Assembly (NCBI RefSeq): GCF_009914755.1
Contig: NC_060926.1
Direction: 5' to 3' (one strand)
DNA from: the human T2T-CHM13v2.0 reference genome, Homo sapiens
DNA length: 64,000 nucleotides
Shown: piece after piece, positions 14,221 through 26,751 of the stretch
How positions within the stretch are numbered: position 1 is the first letter of the stretch
How the letters are laid out: the number at the start of each line of letters is the position of its first letter
Translations under genes and position numbers: made by a program
The notes under the pieces: model-generated
What the model was told of the DNA's origin: nothing
Database searches by the model: none
What the model saw: the letters and a program-made list of their open reading frames with translations, nothing else

Positions 14221-17200
14221 ACACTGGCCAAAAATAAAGTAAATATCAACATTTAAGGACTCTGGAAATCATCCAAAGGCTTGCAACAATCCAAGGACCA
14301 TTTATTTAAGAAAATATTTAATCTCAGTAAGAACATTAAGTTTTATGGCATTTTAACTTCTTATATTCAAAATACACTGTCTCTAGCTCTGCAGTTGCCT
14401 TGTAAATAATAGCTCCACCGTCATGGAAAAACCCAGCAACCTATGAGCCATTGGAGGGGAAAAATAAGTTCAGAGCTCCCCCAACAACAACATTCTCAAA
14501 AAATAGTCATAATTTGATCTTTCTGGAAGTTCTCTGAAAACTCTTATTTACAGACAGAGACTCTAATGGTCACAAGTGACAAAGAATACAAACCATACCA
14601 AATCAGTTCGAGAAAGTCACTAAACAAACAGCAACAATAAAAAAAAACAAGCAGCAACAACACCAAATCCTCAGCAAGAGAGGAATCTGAATTCCAGAAT
14701 TGCCAAATGATTTTTTTTAAATATCCAGTTTCAAAAACAAATTACAACATACACAGAGAAACGAGCACAGGAAAAAACAGTGAATGGAAAATATCCTTAA
14801 GGATGTAGACTTACTAGAGAGACATTAAATCAGCTATTTTAAATATATTCAAAGAACTTAAAAAAAGCATAAATATATAAAGAAAACTATGATACCAATT
14901 TCCCAACAAATTAGAATATCAATACACAGAAATTATATTTTTAAAAAGTATCACATATAAATTTTTGAGTTAAAAAGTACACCAATTGGATGGAAAAATT
15001 TACTGGAGTTGCTCAACAGGAAATTTGAGCTGAAAAAATAATAGAGAATTTTAAGATAGATCCATTGAGATTGTTTAGTATGAACAACAGAAAGAGAAAA
15101 TAATGAAGACAAATTAATAGGACCTGAGAGATCTGTCAGACATTAGCAAGCACATCAACAAACATAAAATGAGAATCATAGAAGAAAAGAAGAGAAGAAA
15201 AAGTGAAGAAAAAATATTTAAAGAAATAGTGGATTAAAACTACACAAAGTTATGGTAAACATCCATTCACATATTCAAGAAGCTCAATAAACTCCCATAT
15301 AGGATAAAATAAGACATTCACAGCTAGACATATCAAAATCCAACTGTCAAGAAACAAAGGCAAAGATTTTGTCTTGAAAGCAGCAAGTGAAAAGCAGCTC
15401 ATCACAAACACAGAACCCCAAATAAGATTAACAGCTGATATTTTCAGCAAAAATAATGCAAGCCAGAAGTCAGTGATATAACATACTCAAAGTGATGGAA
15501 GAAAATGACTGTCAACCAAGAATCCTATATCCAAAATATTTTCCTGCAAAAGTTAAGGAAAAGCTGAGACATTCCTAGATAAATATAAGCCAACAAAATT
15601 TATTGCTGTTAGATGTATCCCACAAGAAGTACTAATAGATGTCCTTAGGATTTAAATGAAAGGACACTTGATATTAACTGAAACCTACATACAGAAATAA
15701 AGAGCACCATTAAAGGTAACTACATAGGTAAATATAAAGAGTATAATTGCATATTTTATTTTTAACTCTCTTCTCTCTGACTTAAAAGACAAAGGCATAA
15801 AGCAAGAAGTGTAAAAGTGTTTATAGGTATATACTATATAAAGACGTAATTTGTATAATCATCATAGCACAAAGTAGTGAGGAAGAAATAAAATCATAAC
15901 AGCAAAGTTGATACTGATAAAATATATATTTTTAAAATTCATATCCAAATTATGAATTTAATTTGGTATTGCTACATATATATAACTTTAAATATATATA
16001 GTTTTAAGTTAAGATGTTAATTGCAATCCACAGGGAAAGTACTTTTTTAAGTCTCAAAAATGTAGTAAAAAAATGGTTCACCATATAACATCAATTTAGC
16101 AAAAAGAAATAGCAATAAATGAATAAAGAAAAAGCTATGACATATAGAAACAAATAACAAAATTGCTATTTACTTTAATTATCAGTAATAACTTTAAGCA
16201 TACTGAAAATGGATTAAACACACCATTAACAAGAGATTGGCAAAATGGATTAAAAACTATGACCTAATAACATGTCTATAAGATACACAATTTAGATTCA
16301 AAGACACAATAAATTGGAAGTAAGAGAATGAAATGATATACTATGTAAATGCTAAGCAAAAGAGAGATTGGGTGGTTAAGACTAATAAATAAATTACTCC
16401 TTATACAATAGTTGTTACTAAAAACAAAGAAGGATTTTTTGTAATGACAAAAAGATCAGTCTATCAAGAGTAAATAACACTTATAAACATATATGCACCT
16501 AAAAACAGAGCCCCCAAACCCATGAAATAAAGACTGACCAAATTTAAGAGAAATACACAATTCAACAATAATAATTGGTGATATCAATACCCCATTTCAA
16601 ATCCAAAACCGTACAGAAGATAATCAAGAAAAGAGAATATTTGAGCAACACTCTAAACCAACTGGACTTAGCAGACACTTATAGAAATCTCCACCCAACA
16701 ACAGCAGAATACCCATATTTCTCAAGTGCACATGAAACACTCTCAGAATAGTCCATATGTTAGGACATAAAACAAGTCCCTATATATTTGAAAGGATTGA
16801 AAACATATCAATATGCTCTCCGACCACAGCAAAACAAATTAGAAGTCAATAAAAGAAGGACATTTGTAGAAACTAAGCAATATATTCTTTAATAAATAAT
16901 GAGGCCAAGAAAGAAATCTCTTAAGGAAATTAGAAAATACAACACACCAAATTGTATTAGATGCAGTTAAAGCAGTGTTAAAGTGAAATTTTCTGTTGTA
17001 AATACCTACATTGAAAAATAAGACTTGGAACCAACCCAAATGTCCATCAATGATAGACTGGATTAAGAAAATGTGGCACATATACACCATGGAATACTAT
17101 GCAGCCATTAAAAATGATGAGTTCATGTCCTTTGCAGGGACATGGATGAAGCTGGAAACCATCATTCTCAGCGAACTATGGCAAGGACAAAAAACCAAAC

Positions 17201-18370
17201 ACTGCATGTTCTCACTTATAGGTGGGAATTCAACAATGAGAACACTTGGACACAGGAAAGGGAACATCACACACTGGGGCCTGTTGTAGGGTGGGGGGGA
17301 GGAGGGGGGAGGGTAGCATTAGGAGATATACCTAAAGTAAATGACGAATTAATGGGTGTAGCACACCAACATGGCACATGTATACATATGTAACAAACCG
17401 GCACATTGTGCACATGTACCCTAGAACTTAAAGTATAATACAAAAATATATATATATATAAAAACAAGAAATGCCCCCAAACAATAACCTAATTATCTAC
17501 CTTAGAAAACTATAAGAAACACAAACTGAAATAAAAGCAAGCAGAATGAAATAAATTAAAAATGAATAAGGATAATAAATGAAATAGAAAACAGGAAAAC
17601 AATAAAGAAACTCAATGAACACAAAAGCTGTACTTTTTTGAAAGATCAATCAAGATGACAAAACTTTAGCTAGTAAAAAGAAAAAGACTAGGGAAAAAAA
17701 AAACGATTAAGTTACTAATACCAGGAAAGAAAGAGGGAACATTATTACTGACTTTATAGGAATAAAATAGGATTATAAGGAATACTACACAGAACTGTAT
17801 GTCAAATATTAAACAACCTGGATAAAATAGACAAATTTATAGAAATAAACTTTAAAAGCTGACTCAAGAAGAAATAGAAAATCCAAATAGAACTACAAGT
17901 AAAGAAATAAAATTAATAATTGTAAAACTTCTCACGAAGGAAAGCCCAGGCCCAGGTAGCTTCACTGGTGAATTCTACCAAACACTCAAAAAAAAAATTA
18001 TTACCAGTATATTACAATATCTTCCAAAAAAGAGAATAAGAAGGAATATGTTTCAATATATTGTATGAGGTGAACATATACTTACACTAAAACCAGACAA
18101 AAAAGTTATAGGAAAAAAATAGACATTAATATTACTTAAGAATATGGATGCAAAAAAAAAACTCAATAAGACATTTACAAACTCAATCCAGGGATAAATG
18201 AAAAGTATTATAAACCTGAACCAGTGATATTTTTGTCAAGTATGCACAGTTTATTTAACATTTAAAAAGCAATCAATGTAATCAAATACATAATCATATT
18301 ATAGACAGGTTTATATTCATATGCCTAAGGGATACATAAAAAGCTATTAGACTTAATAAAAGACTTTAGC
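14221..18370 (+). mobile_element. Ancient L1M (L1MD/L1M4-like) 5' end, ORF1 and ORF2 relic
   Basis: 5'-end motif acactggccaaaaat...ctctggaaatcatccaaaggcttgcaacaatcc; degraded ORF1 (~14800-15700) and EN/ORF2 (~16200-18370). The L1PA6 is inserted near its start. Confidence 0.7.
17024..17459 (+). mobile_element. 5'-truncated L1PA5-like 3' fragment
   Basis: ORF2 C-terminus TWNQPKCPSMIDWIKKMWHIYTMEYYAAIK, G-rich 3'UTR, tail; TSD aaaaataaga (17014-17023) / aaaaacaaga (17460-17469). Confidence 0.9.
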
Positions 18371-19091
18371 AGAAGGACATGAGCAAAATGACACCCTAGG
18401 GATCTCCAAGCTCTCATTCCCTGACAAAAACATCAAGAAAACAACCAGAAGCTGTTAGAACCAATATCGTAAGAGCTCTTAAAAACAATCAGGGCTTATA
18501 GCACCCAAGCAAACACCCAATCAAGAAAAAAGCTATCTCCAAAATGGCAAAAGATGTGTGTGGTGTCTTCATTCCCCCTTGTCTCACTATCTCCCCAGCA
18601 TGACGGCAGTCTTGGTCTTGAGCAGCAGCCACTAGGTTCCCCTCGAAGTGGAGGGAACAGAGCAGACCTTATTTGCAAATTATTACGTACATCTGTTCAA
18701 ACCTGGATGGGGGATACTTGAAGGACTATTACATTCATCTCTGTCTCATTTAACTAGGAACACAGATGGGGAAAGTGGCAGGCACTACTTATAAAGATAC
18801 CAGGGGACAACAAACCACAGATGCCTGGGGCAAGAGATTCTGGGTGGGGACATACAGTAGACCATCTAAGTCATGGAGAACAAGCTGGGGTAATACATTT
18901 TTTGGGAAATTAGGACATTACAAAGCAGCTGCATATGTGGGATAATTTAGAAAGCTACATGTATGCCGCAGCAAAATGGATGGTCTGAAAAATGCTGAGA
19001 AGCCTTCAGCCTTCACCTTAGGCTAATCGCTAGGCTCAGAGGAAGCTGAGCTAATTGGTGAAGAATTGACAAAGTCTAGGAGAGATAGTTT

Positions 19092-19093
<2 letters not shown>

Positions 19094-19135
<42 letters not shown>
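19094..19135. repeat. (GT)n microsatellite
   Basis: About 21 perfect GT units. Confidence 0.97.
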
Positions 19136-19137
<2 letters not shown>

Positions 19138-19317
19138 CAGCTTCTGGCATCCAAGGAAATCTCTGTAAAAACATTAACTGAACATGAGCTAAAGAAGCAG
19201 AGATTTCAGTAAGCACACGTAACAAGAAATAGTGTTTGCATAAATAATTTAGAAAAGTTTCAAAACAAATAAACTACCACAGTCTTCAACAATTTCTGAA
19301 AATCTAGCAAATCCTGG

Positions 19318-19710
19318 TGTCATGAACTGAATGTTTGTGGCCCCCCAAATTCATATGATAAAGCCCTACCCGTACCCACAGTGTGATGGTGTTTGGAGAT
19401 GGGGCCTCTAGAAGGTGACTAGACCTATATAAGGTCATGACAGTAAAACCTTCATATGGGATTACCGGCCTTAGAAAAAGAGAAAGAGAGATACCTCTCA
19501 ATGAGCATTTACCAAGTAAAGGGTGTGTGAGGATACAGCAAAAAGGCTGCTGTCTGCAACCCAAGGAAACAGAGCACTCACTAGACACTGACCCTTCTTG
19601 TACCTTGAACTTGGACTTCCTAGCTTCCATAACTGAGTGAAATAAATTCCTGCTATTTAAGCAACTCAGTCTATGATATTTTGTCATAGCAGCCTCAGCT
19701 GACTAAGACA
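19318..19710 (+). mobile_element. MLT1A/A0 (MaLR) solo LTR
   Basis: Starts tgtcatgaactgaatgtttgtggccccccaaattcatatg and ends gcagcctcagctgactaagaca; perfect TSD cctgg (19313-19317, 19711-19715). Confidence 0.9.
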
Positions 19711-19919
19711 CCTGGAAAAGGGGACAACCGAATTGCCAGAGTTGCCACATTACAATAACCAAATGCCCAGTTTTGAAGAACAAAAAATCACAGAACATGC
19801 AAAGAAACAGGAAAAAAACGACACATTCAATAAAATAAGGTAAATTGACAGGCACTATCCATAAAGAAGCACAGACACTGGATTTACTAGACAAATACTT
19901 TAAAGGGGCAACACAAAGT

Positions 19920-20350
19920 ATTTTCCTCTGCTGCTCAGGTATTTTTCTTAAATGCATGTGCTGATAAATGCACAGCTGAAGATTCAAGGGACTTTTCTGG
20001 AGGGCTGTAGAGCTCTCTCTCTCTCTCTCTCTCTCTCTCCGCAGCTCTCCTACCCAATGTGGTGCTCTGCCCTGCTATTTCTCACCTCGTTGCACACCCT
20101 GGAATCCCGGCACTGTCTCCTTAACTCAGGAAGGCCAATGAGCTTCACCTGGGTTTCCCCTTCTTAAGCTGTGGCCTGAAATGCCTGTACAGGAAGTAAG
20201 GCCAAGCAACCCCAGTTGTGCTGTGCTTCCTGAGGTCTGCTAGCCAAACACCCTTGTTTTATATCTTCTGTCTGGTTTGTGTTGTTGTTTGTTCAGGTAG
20301 GAGAGTAAATCCAGTCCCTATTTTTTTATCTTGGACAGAAGTGGAAGTTC
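19920..20350 (-). mobile_element. Ancient L1M 5'-end fragment with (CT)n
   Basis: Antisense L1M 5' motifs (gttcaggtaggagagtaaatccagtccct...cttggacagaagtggaagt); (CT)n at ~20013-20039. Confidence 0.55.
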
Positions 20351-21200
20351 ATGTCTTATCTTTTTACTTTATTTATGATATCTTATGTGGAAAGTTTAAA
20401 TTTTCAATCACTCAACTTATCAATCTTTTACTCTATAGCTTTTTATGAGGCTTTATGTCAATTTAAGGATATGTATCTATTTAATTTAAGAAATGTGTCT
20501 ATTTGAGAAGACCTTCTCCAATGTTATGAATATATTTGCGTATATTTTATTTAATAGCTTTAGAGTGCACATGGGCACAATATAAATAAAATATTTTTGT
20601 TAGAGAGTTTTTTATCCTCTTTGGTTTTATTTTCTATAACTCTTTTGAGGTTGTGAACCACAAAATAAATAGTCAATTGTCTTCAAATTTTGTGTTGTAT
20701 AGATTTTCCCCATTGATCTAAAATGCTACATTTGTTATAGACTGAATGTCCATATTTTTATTTTTAAAATGTTTTGTTTTGTTGACCTATTTGTATATTC
20801 CAGTCATTCTCTCTGTCTGTTTTCAGTTATGTTTAGCTGTGCCATTCTTGAGCATTATATTTTCCAGATCAATTGCATAATTATTTTCTCCAGTTGATCA
20901 AGGCTTTTTTAGAATTTTGATTGAGATAGCATTGAATTCATAGGCTAAGTTGTGCAGACTCAACATCTTTAAAACAGTGAACTTTCCCATCCAAGAATGT
21001 GCCATATGTCCATTTATTTGGGTCTTCTTTCATGCTTTTTAGAAATGTTTTATAGATTATTATTAATCATTGTGAGTTTCACATGAAGTTTGTTTCAGTT
21101 TTTTATAGATTTTGTTGCTGCTATAATTGAGACTTTTTTCCTATTTCATTTTCTAATTGTGTATTATTAATAATGGTGTAGGAAATTCGTCACTTTTTCT
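20351..21200 (-). mobile_element. Degraded L1ME-like ORF2 relic
   Basis: gaattttgattgagatagcattgaattcataggctaagttg...cccatccaagaatgtg is antisense old L1 ORF2. Confidence 0.6.
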
Positions 21201-21256
21201 ACTCCTGGATTTTGTTGGATTGGTCTTATTTTTATTTGTCCTATTTCCCCCCTGTA

Positions 21257-21297
21257 GTGTGTGTGTGTGTGTTGTGTGTTTGTTTGTGTGTGTGTGT
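21257..21297. repeat. Imperfect (GT)n microsatellite
   Basis: gtgtgtgtgtgtgtgttgtgtgtttgtttgtgtgtgtgtgt. Confidence 0.85.
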
Positions 21298-22282
21298 TGG
21301 GAGGGCCTTAACTGTATGCTCACCTGTGACTGTAAGGCTCCTTGCCAGCCTGTCTGTGAAGCACTTCTGTGTGCTATTCTGTGCACAGGGAGGGCAGGCT
21401 GTGCCAGCAGCAGAAGTGACACCTTGGGGTAACAGCTTGCGTCTGGGCAGGTGCACCCATGGCTCCTGCCCCAAGATGGAAGCCTCTAAGGATTCCAGTT
21501 GGCATGAGAGAGAGGAGAGGTGAGGTGGAAATGCCCTTTCAGTGGCAGAACCCCCTCATGTATGCTCCAGGCTCCCAACACCCGGTCCACTGCCCCCCCC
21601 CACGCCCCAACTCCCTGCCGGCAGCCATGGGCTCTGGGCCATCTTTTCTAAATATCTTTCTTGCTCGTATTTCAGGAAGTGGCTTCTTCCTTCTGCACTC
21701 TTCCATCTATCTCCTGTTTTTCATGGATTCCTCATTATTTTTTGTTCACAGAAAGTGCCCCACTTGTTTTCTAGTGTTACAAAATTAACTTTCTATTAAT
21801 GCCATTTCTAGGGAATTGGAATAGGAGCAAGTAGGTAAAGGATGTTCTCAGCCCCATTCACTGGATTGCTTTTCAACAAGATCCCACATAGTGCTCTAGT
21901 TCCACGTTTTACCCCATTGCCTACCTGTTGGTACTCACACCTGGGCCATGCCTACTGCCCACCCCACAGCTCTTCTCCCACTAAAGTGCCCAGTGTTGGA
22001 GGAGAACATCCCCAGAACTCAGAACCTTGTTCTCTTGAAGCTTCTCTGCCTTCCTGTTTTTGGCTCAGCCTGGTGCTTTTCAACCTGCTGTGCATGTTAG
22101 GTACTTTTTGAGGGGATGTGTAAAAGATGTTTCTAAAAGTGCCAGCTGTATGAATGAATTGGGATGGTGTTACCTCTGCTGAGTGCTGTGCTGTGATCCA
22201 CTTTCTACTACACAGTTAGATCCTAAAAAAGGGCTAGTTCCAGACGACAGTTACATTTTTTAATGAAAATCTTCACACTAGG

Positions 22283-22687
22283 TGTATTAGTCCATTCTCA
22301 CACTACTATAAAGAAATACCTGAGACTGGGCAATTTATAAAAAGATTTAATTGGCTCAGAGTTCCACAGGCCATATAGGAAGCATAGCAGCATCTGCTTC
22401 TGGGGAGGCCTCAGGGAGCTTTTACTTACGGTGGAAGGCAAAGTGGGAGCAGGCCTCTTACATGGCAGAAGCAGCACCGAGAGAGAGCGGGGAGGTGCTA
22501 CATATTTTTAAAGAACCAGATCTCATGAGAACTCATTCACTATACAGTGCCAACGGGGATGGTGCTAAACCCTTCATGAGAACTCCACCCCAGTGAGCCA
22601 ATCACCTCTCACCAGACCCCACCTCCAACAGTGGGGATTACAATTGGACATGAGATTTGGGTGGGGACACAGATCCAAATGATATCA
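22283..22687 (-). mobile_element. MSTA-like MaLR LTR
   Basis: tgtattagtccattctcacactactataaagaaatacctgagactggg ... gagatttgggtggggacacagatccaaatgatatca. Confidence 0.9.
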
Positions 22688-22688
22688 G

Positions 22689-23112
22689 TGTGTTCACCTG
22701 TTTTTGTTTTGCTGTAAAGGAATACCTGAGACTGGTAATTTATAAAGAAAATAGGTTTATTTGGCTCATGGTTCTACAGGCTTTACAGGAAGTATGGTAC
22801 CAGCATCTGTTCAGCTTCTGGTGAAGCCTCAGGAAGCTTCCAATCATGGCAGAAGGCAAAGTGGGAGCAAGCACATCACATGGCAAGAGCAGGAGCAAGA
22901 TTCAGGTTGCAAGGAGGTCCTAGGCTCTTTGAAACAACTAGAGCTTGCATGAACTCAGAGCAAGAACTCACTCATTACTGCAGGGAGGGAAACAAGCTAT
23001 TCATGAGAGATCTGCCCCCATGACCTAAACACCTCCCACCAGGTCCCATCTCCAACACTAGGGATACATTTCAATATGAGATTTAGAGGGAACGCACATC
23101 CCAATCCTATCA
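22689..23112 (-). mobile_element. MSTB-like MaLR LTR
   Basis: tgtgttcacctgtttttgttttgctgtaaaggaatacctgagactgg ... gagatttagagggaacgcacatcccaatcctatca. Confidence 0.88.
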
Positions 23113-23249
23113 CTAGAGAAATCAAACAAAATTGTATAATAAATCCTTATATATCCATCACTCATCTTCAACAATTAACATTTTGCCTCTCTTGTTCCAT
23201 CTATACCTTCTCCCACCCCCATCTCTTCACTCAATGGGTTATTTTTATT

Positions 23250-24570
23250 ATCATTATTACAGTTTTTTTTTTACTTTAGGTAAAATGTATATATATGCAA
23301 ACCTTAGCCATAAAATTTTGACACGCACATATACCTGTGTAACTTAAACTCCTCACAATTTGGAACATTTACATTCTTTATAGAAAGTTTTCTCCTATTC
23401 CTTTCTACTCAATCCCTCAATCTCACAAGGCAATCACTGTTCTAATTATTTTTACCCCATATTAGTTTTGCCTGTTCTTGAGCTTCATATGCTTCTTTTG
23501 ACCAGCAGTCTGTGAGATTCATCTATGTCAGTGTGTCAGTAGTTTGTTTCTCTTCGTTCCTGAGAAGTCTGTGTGAATATATCGTAATTTGTCTACCTTC
23601 CTTTGATGGGCATGTTTTTTCCATGTTTTGGCTATTACATTTATCTACTCATCTTTGTATGGACATAAATTTTCATTTTTCTTAGATGAACCTGTAGGAA
23701 TGAAGTGACAAGGTCAAAAAGTGGGTGCATGTTTACATGATATAAAAGTATAAGCCATTGTCTTACACTGTAGGATTTTCTTATAAATCATATCATTTCA
23801 CATTCCCATGAGGAGCATATAAGGGTTCTGGCTACTCCACATTCTTGCCAACATTTAGTGCTGTCACTCGTTTTGGTTTTAGACATTCTAGTGCTTAAAG
23901 TGTGCTACCTTGTGGTTTTATCTTAAATTTCCCTAATGACTAATAATGTTAAGAACCTTTCCATGTGTTTATTGACCATTCATATATCTTCATTTGTAGA
24001 GTGTCCAAATGTTTTGCCATTTTTAATGTGACAGTTTTATATTACTGAGTTGTTTGAGTTCCTTATATATTCTTGAAATTCCTTGTTAGAGATATTTTTT
24101 GTGAATATTTTATCTTTTAGGCTTGTCATTTCATTTTCCTAATGGTGTCATTTCTGTGAAGTCTAATTAATCATCTTTTTTCTTTTGTGGTTATCAATTT
24201 CTAAGCCTACTTAAAAAATATCTGCTTATCCCAAGCCACCAAGATATTTTTTCTTGCTTTCTTCTAAAATCTTTATAGTTTTAGCTTTTATGTTTAGGTC
24301 TATGATCCCTCTTAAGTTAATTTCTATATATGGTGTGTAGAAGAAGATGGAAATTTTTTTCTCTCTCCTTTATTCAGTTGTTATAGCACCAATTGTTTAA
24401 AAGACTTTACTCATTGACTTGCTTTCATGTGTCTGTTCAAAATCAATTGACTCTATTAACATGGATCTCTTTGGCCTTTGTATGCCCCACTGATCTTTTC
24501 ATCTGTTCTTATGTCAATACCACACTGTATCTAATACTTTAGCTTTCTAAGAAGTCTTGAGGTCAGGTAA
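23250..24570 (-). mobile_element. Old L1ME-like 3' region
   Basis: attagttttgcctgttcttgagcttcatat, cacattcttgccaacatttagtg, ttttagcttttatgtttaggtctatgatcc are antisense L1M 3' motifs. Confidence 0.7.
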
Positions 24571-24639
24571 CATCACTTCTACCAACTTACATTTGAGCTT
24601 ATACCTTACCCCACCCTGCTGTTCATTTCCTAGTATCAA

Positions 24640-24770
24640 TCATTCCTTCCTTCCTTTCTTCATTTACTTAACACTTATGGAGTGTCTAATATTTGCAAGG
24701 AGTTTTGAATACACCCATAGTGAACAAAACAGATGAAATCTTCATCTTCCTGGAACTTACATTTCAATAT
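24640..24770 (-). mobile_element. L2 3'-end fragment
   Basis: cattccttcc...acacttatggagtgtctaat...gtgaacaaaacaga...cctggaacttacattt. Confidence 0.6.
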
Positions 24771-26340
24771 CATCTTCTACTCCTGACTCCTCACACTCAC
24801 ACTCAGGCTAAGCTGGGAGCAGTGTCTGACAGTGCTCTTCTGCTTCACTCAGCCTCCCCGGCAGGCCATAGTTTCTGTGTGCTGACAACCGCTCTGACAC
24901 ATACGCATGCACACATGCACACAGCCAGCTCACCTCAGCCTGTAGGCTCTAGCAGACACCCAGCCCTGGGGCAGGGCCCCTGGTTTCCTCCAGCCCAGCA
25001 TCAGGACACCATGCCTATCTTAGCTGAGCCACCATTTCCTTCCCCCTCTGGCTGCCCCAGGCCCATCCACACTTCCAGACCCCCGATTCCACCCTTCTTC
25101 ACGAGCCTCTTAATACAGGAGCCTTCCTTACTGAGGAGATCTGGCTCTCCCAGGTGAAATTTCTCAAGCTCTGCAGCTATGGACTTGGGTCAGCCGGAAA
25201 GAAAAACCCAGCAAACTCTGCCAAATTAACAATTTTTCTACTGCCAGCCCTCACTGTGATCTCATCTTGGGTGTGAAACCTCCAGCCGCAGTGAGGCTGT
25301 CCACACAGCAGGTAACTCTGATAGAGGCCTGATTGCTGGGTGGAGGCTCCACAGCTCTGAGGTATGAGACAAGTCCCTCTCCTCATTTTCAAGTAGGACC
25401 ACAGGAATCTTTGTGGCAGGGTTTTTAACACCTTTCAATTTTTCGCAGCATGAGCTCCAACAGTTCTATTCAATACTAACCCCCAAAGCTGATATTGCTG
25501 CTTAGATGCTTTCCTATTGCTTGGTATTTATTGGAATTAGGAAATATTTTTACCATCCTCCCTATAGAAAGCACTTAAAATTATGTAAAGATCATTTTTG
25601 AAAAAAAATTATACATGCTTATTGTGAAAGGCATTTAAAATGCATGAAAGTATAAGGAAGGAAGGCAAAAATGATCCCTAACTCCTCCCCTGCCTCCAGG
25701 ATAAGCACTGTTGGAAGATGGAGAGAGTGCTCCCACCTGCTCCGCGCCTGGCTGTGCCTGGTGCAGGTCTCAGGAGCCGGACCCTCATCCGTGCTATGCC
25801 ACTTACTGACCTGCCTGTGACGTCAGTTCTTTTCCACCAACAATGCTCCCTGACAAATACATCAAGATGCAAGAAACGCTTGGTGATTGGAGAAGGCTAT
25901 TAAATCCCCTAATATGGTATTTATTCTAATATATTTTTATGCCTGAAGGTGTCTTATAGAGAGAATTACCTAATGCTGAGCTTTTTGTGATGCCTGCAGA
26001 AGTCCTGAAATGCATTTTCAGTCTGGTCCCCAGATTTGTTTTAAACCAAGAATATCCTGTGAATTAACTGTAAGTTACCAATTAGGAATATTTTAGGAAG
26101 CTGCAACTCAAGATCTTACATCAGACACTGCCTGCCAGTGAAAATAAGACAAATGTTTTTGTTGTTGTTGTTGTTTTTATGTTTATTTTGCTTCCTCAAC
26201 CTCAAAGCCTGCTCCCTCGATCTCAAAGACAGGTGAAAGGGAAGGGGGAGAGAGAGAGAAAATGTGTGAGCCCCTGGAGGCTTGTGAAGACACACTTCTG
26301 ATTCCCCATGGTGCTTTTTTGTGCACAGAAGCGTCTGTAA

Positions 26341-26680
26341 CAGAGCTGGGACTGTAATGATACAAGTAAGTTCCTAGCCTGGGGCAGACACCCAAAAATT
26401 AATGAATAATATTTCCATGTAATATTTTTTAAAATCAACATTAGTACAAAATCCACAATGAACAAAATATCAAAATCTTAGATAACAGGACCAGAAACAA
26501 TGTTGTGCCAAGCCCTATGGAAGCTTGAGGCAAAAGGGGAAAAAGCAATACCACTTTTTATTAATTATGATTTTCTGAATATTAAATTATATGGTATTTA
26601 TGTCAATTACCGAGTTTTTGGTGTCCCCTTCGATGTTGCACCCAAGCAAGTCTGTCCCTCCCCTCACCTGATCTCACCCT
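26341..26680. mobile_element. MER96B-like hAT MITE
   Basis: cagagctgggact start; aaaatccacaatgaacaaaatatcaaaat; central gccaagccctatggaagcttgaggcaaaagg; mirrored arm ttaccgagtttttggtgtcccctt. Confidence 0.75.
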
Positions 26681-26751
26681 TGTCTGTCCCTCCCCTCACC
26701 TGATCTCACCCTCGTCTGTCCCTCCCCTCACCTGATCTCACCCTTGTCTGT
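26651..26751. repeat. 32-bp minisatellite, ~3.2 copies
   Basis: Unit tctgtccctcccctcacctgatctcaccct(t/c)g at 26651, 26683 and 26715; one mismatch overall. Confidence 0.97.

Larger units (their letters stand above)
18371..19910 (+). mobile_element. Ancient L1M 5'-end fragment (L1MC/L1M4-like)
   Basis: gagcaaaatg...gaaccaatatcgtaagagctcttaaaaacaatcagggcttatagc and the ORF1-proximal motif agaagcacagacactggatttactagacaaatactttaaa. Confidence 0.6.

Noticed and set aside
17288-17315. G-quadruplex-forming tract (also ~14043-14065 and ~51032-51054)
   Set aside because: Standard G-rich feature of primate L1 3'UTRs.
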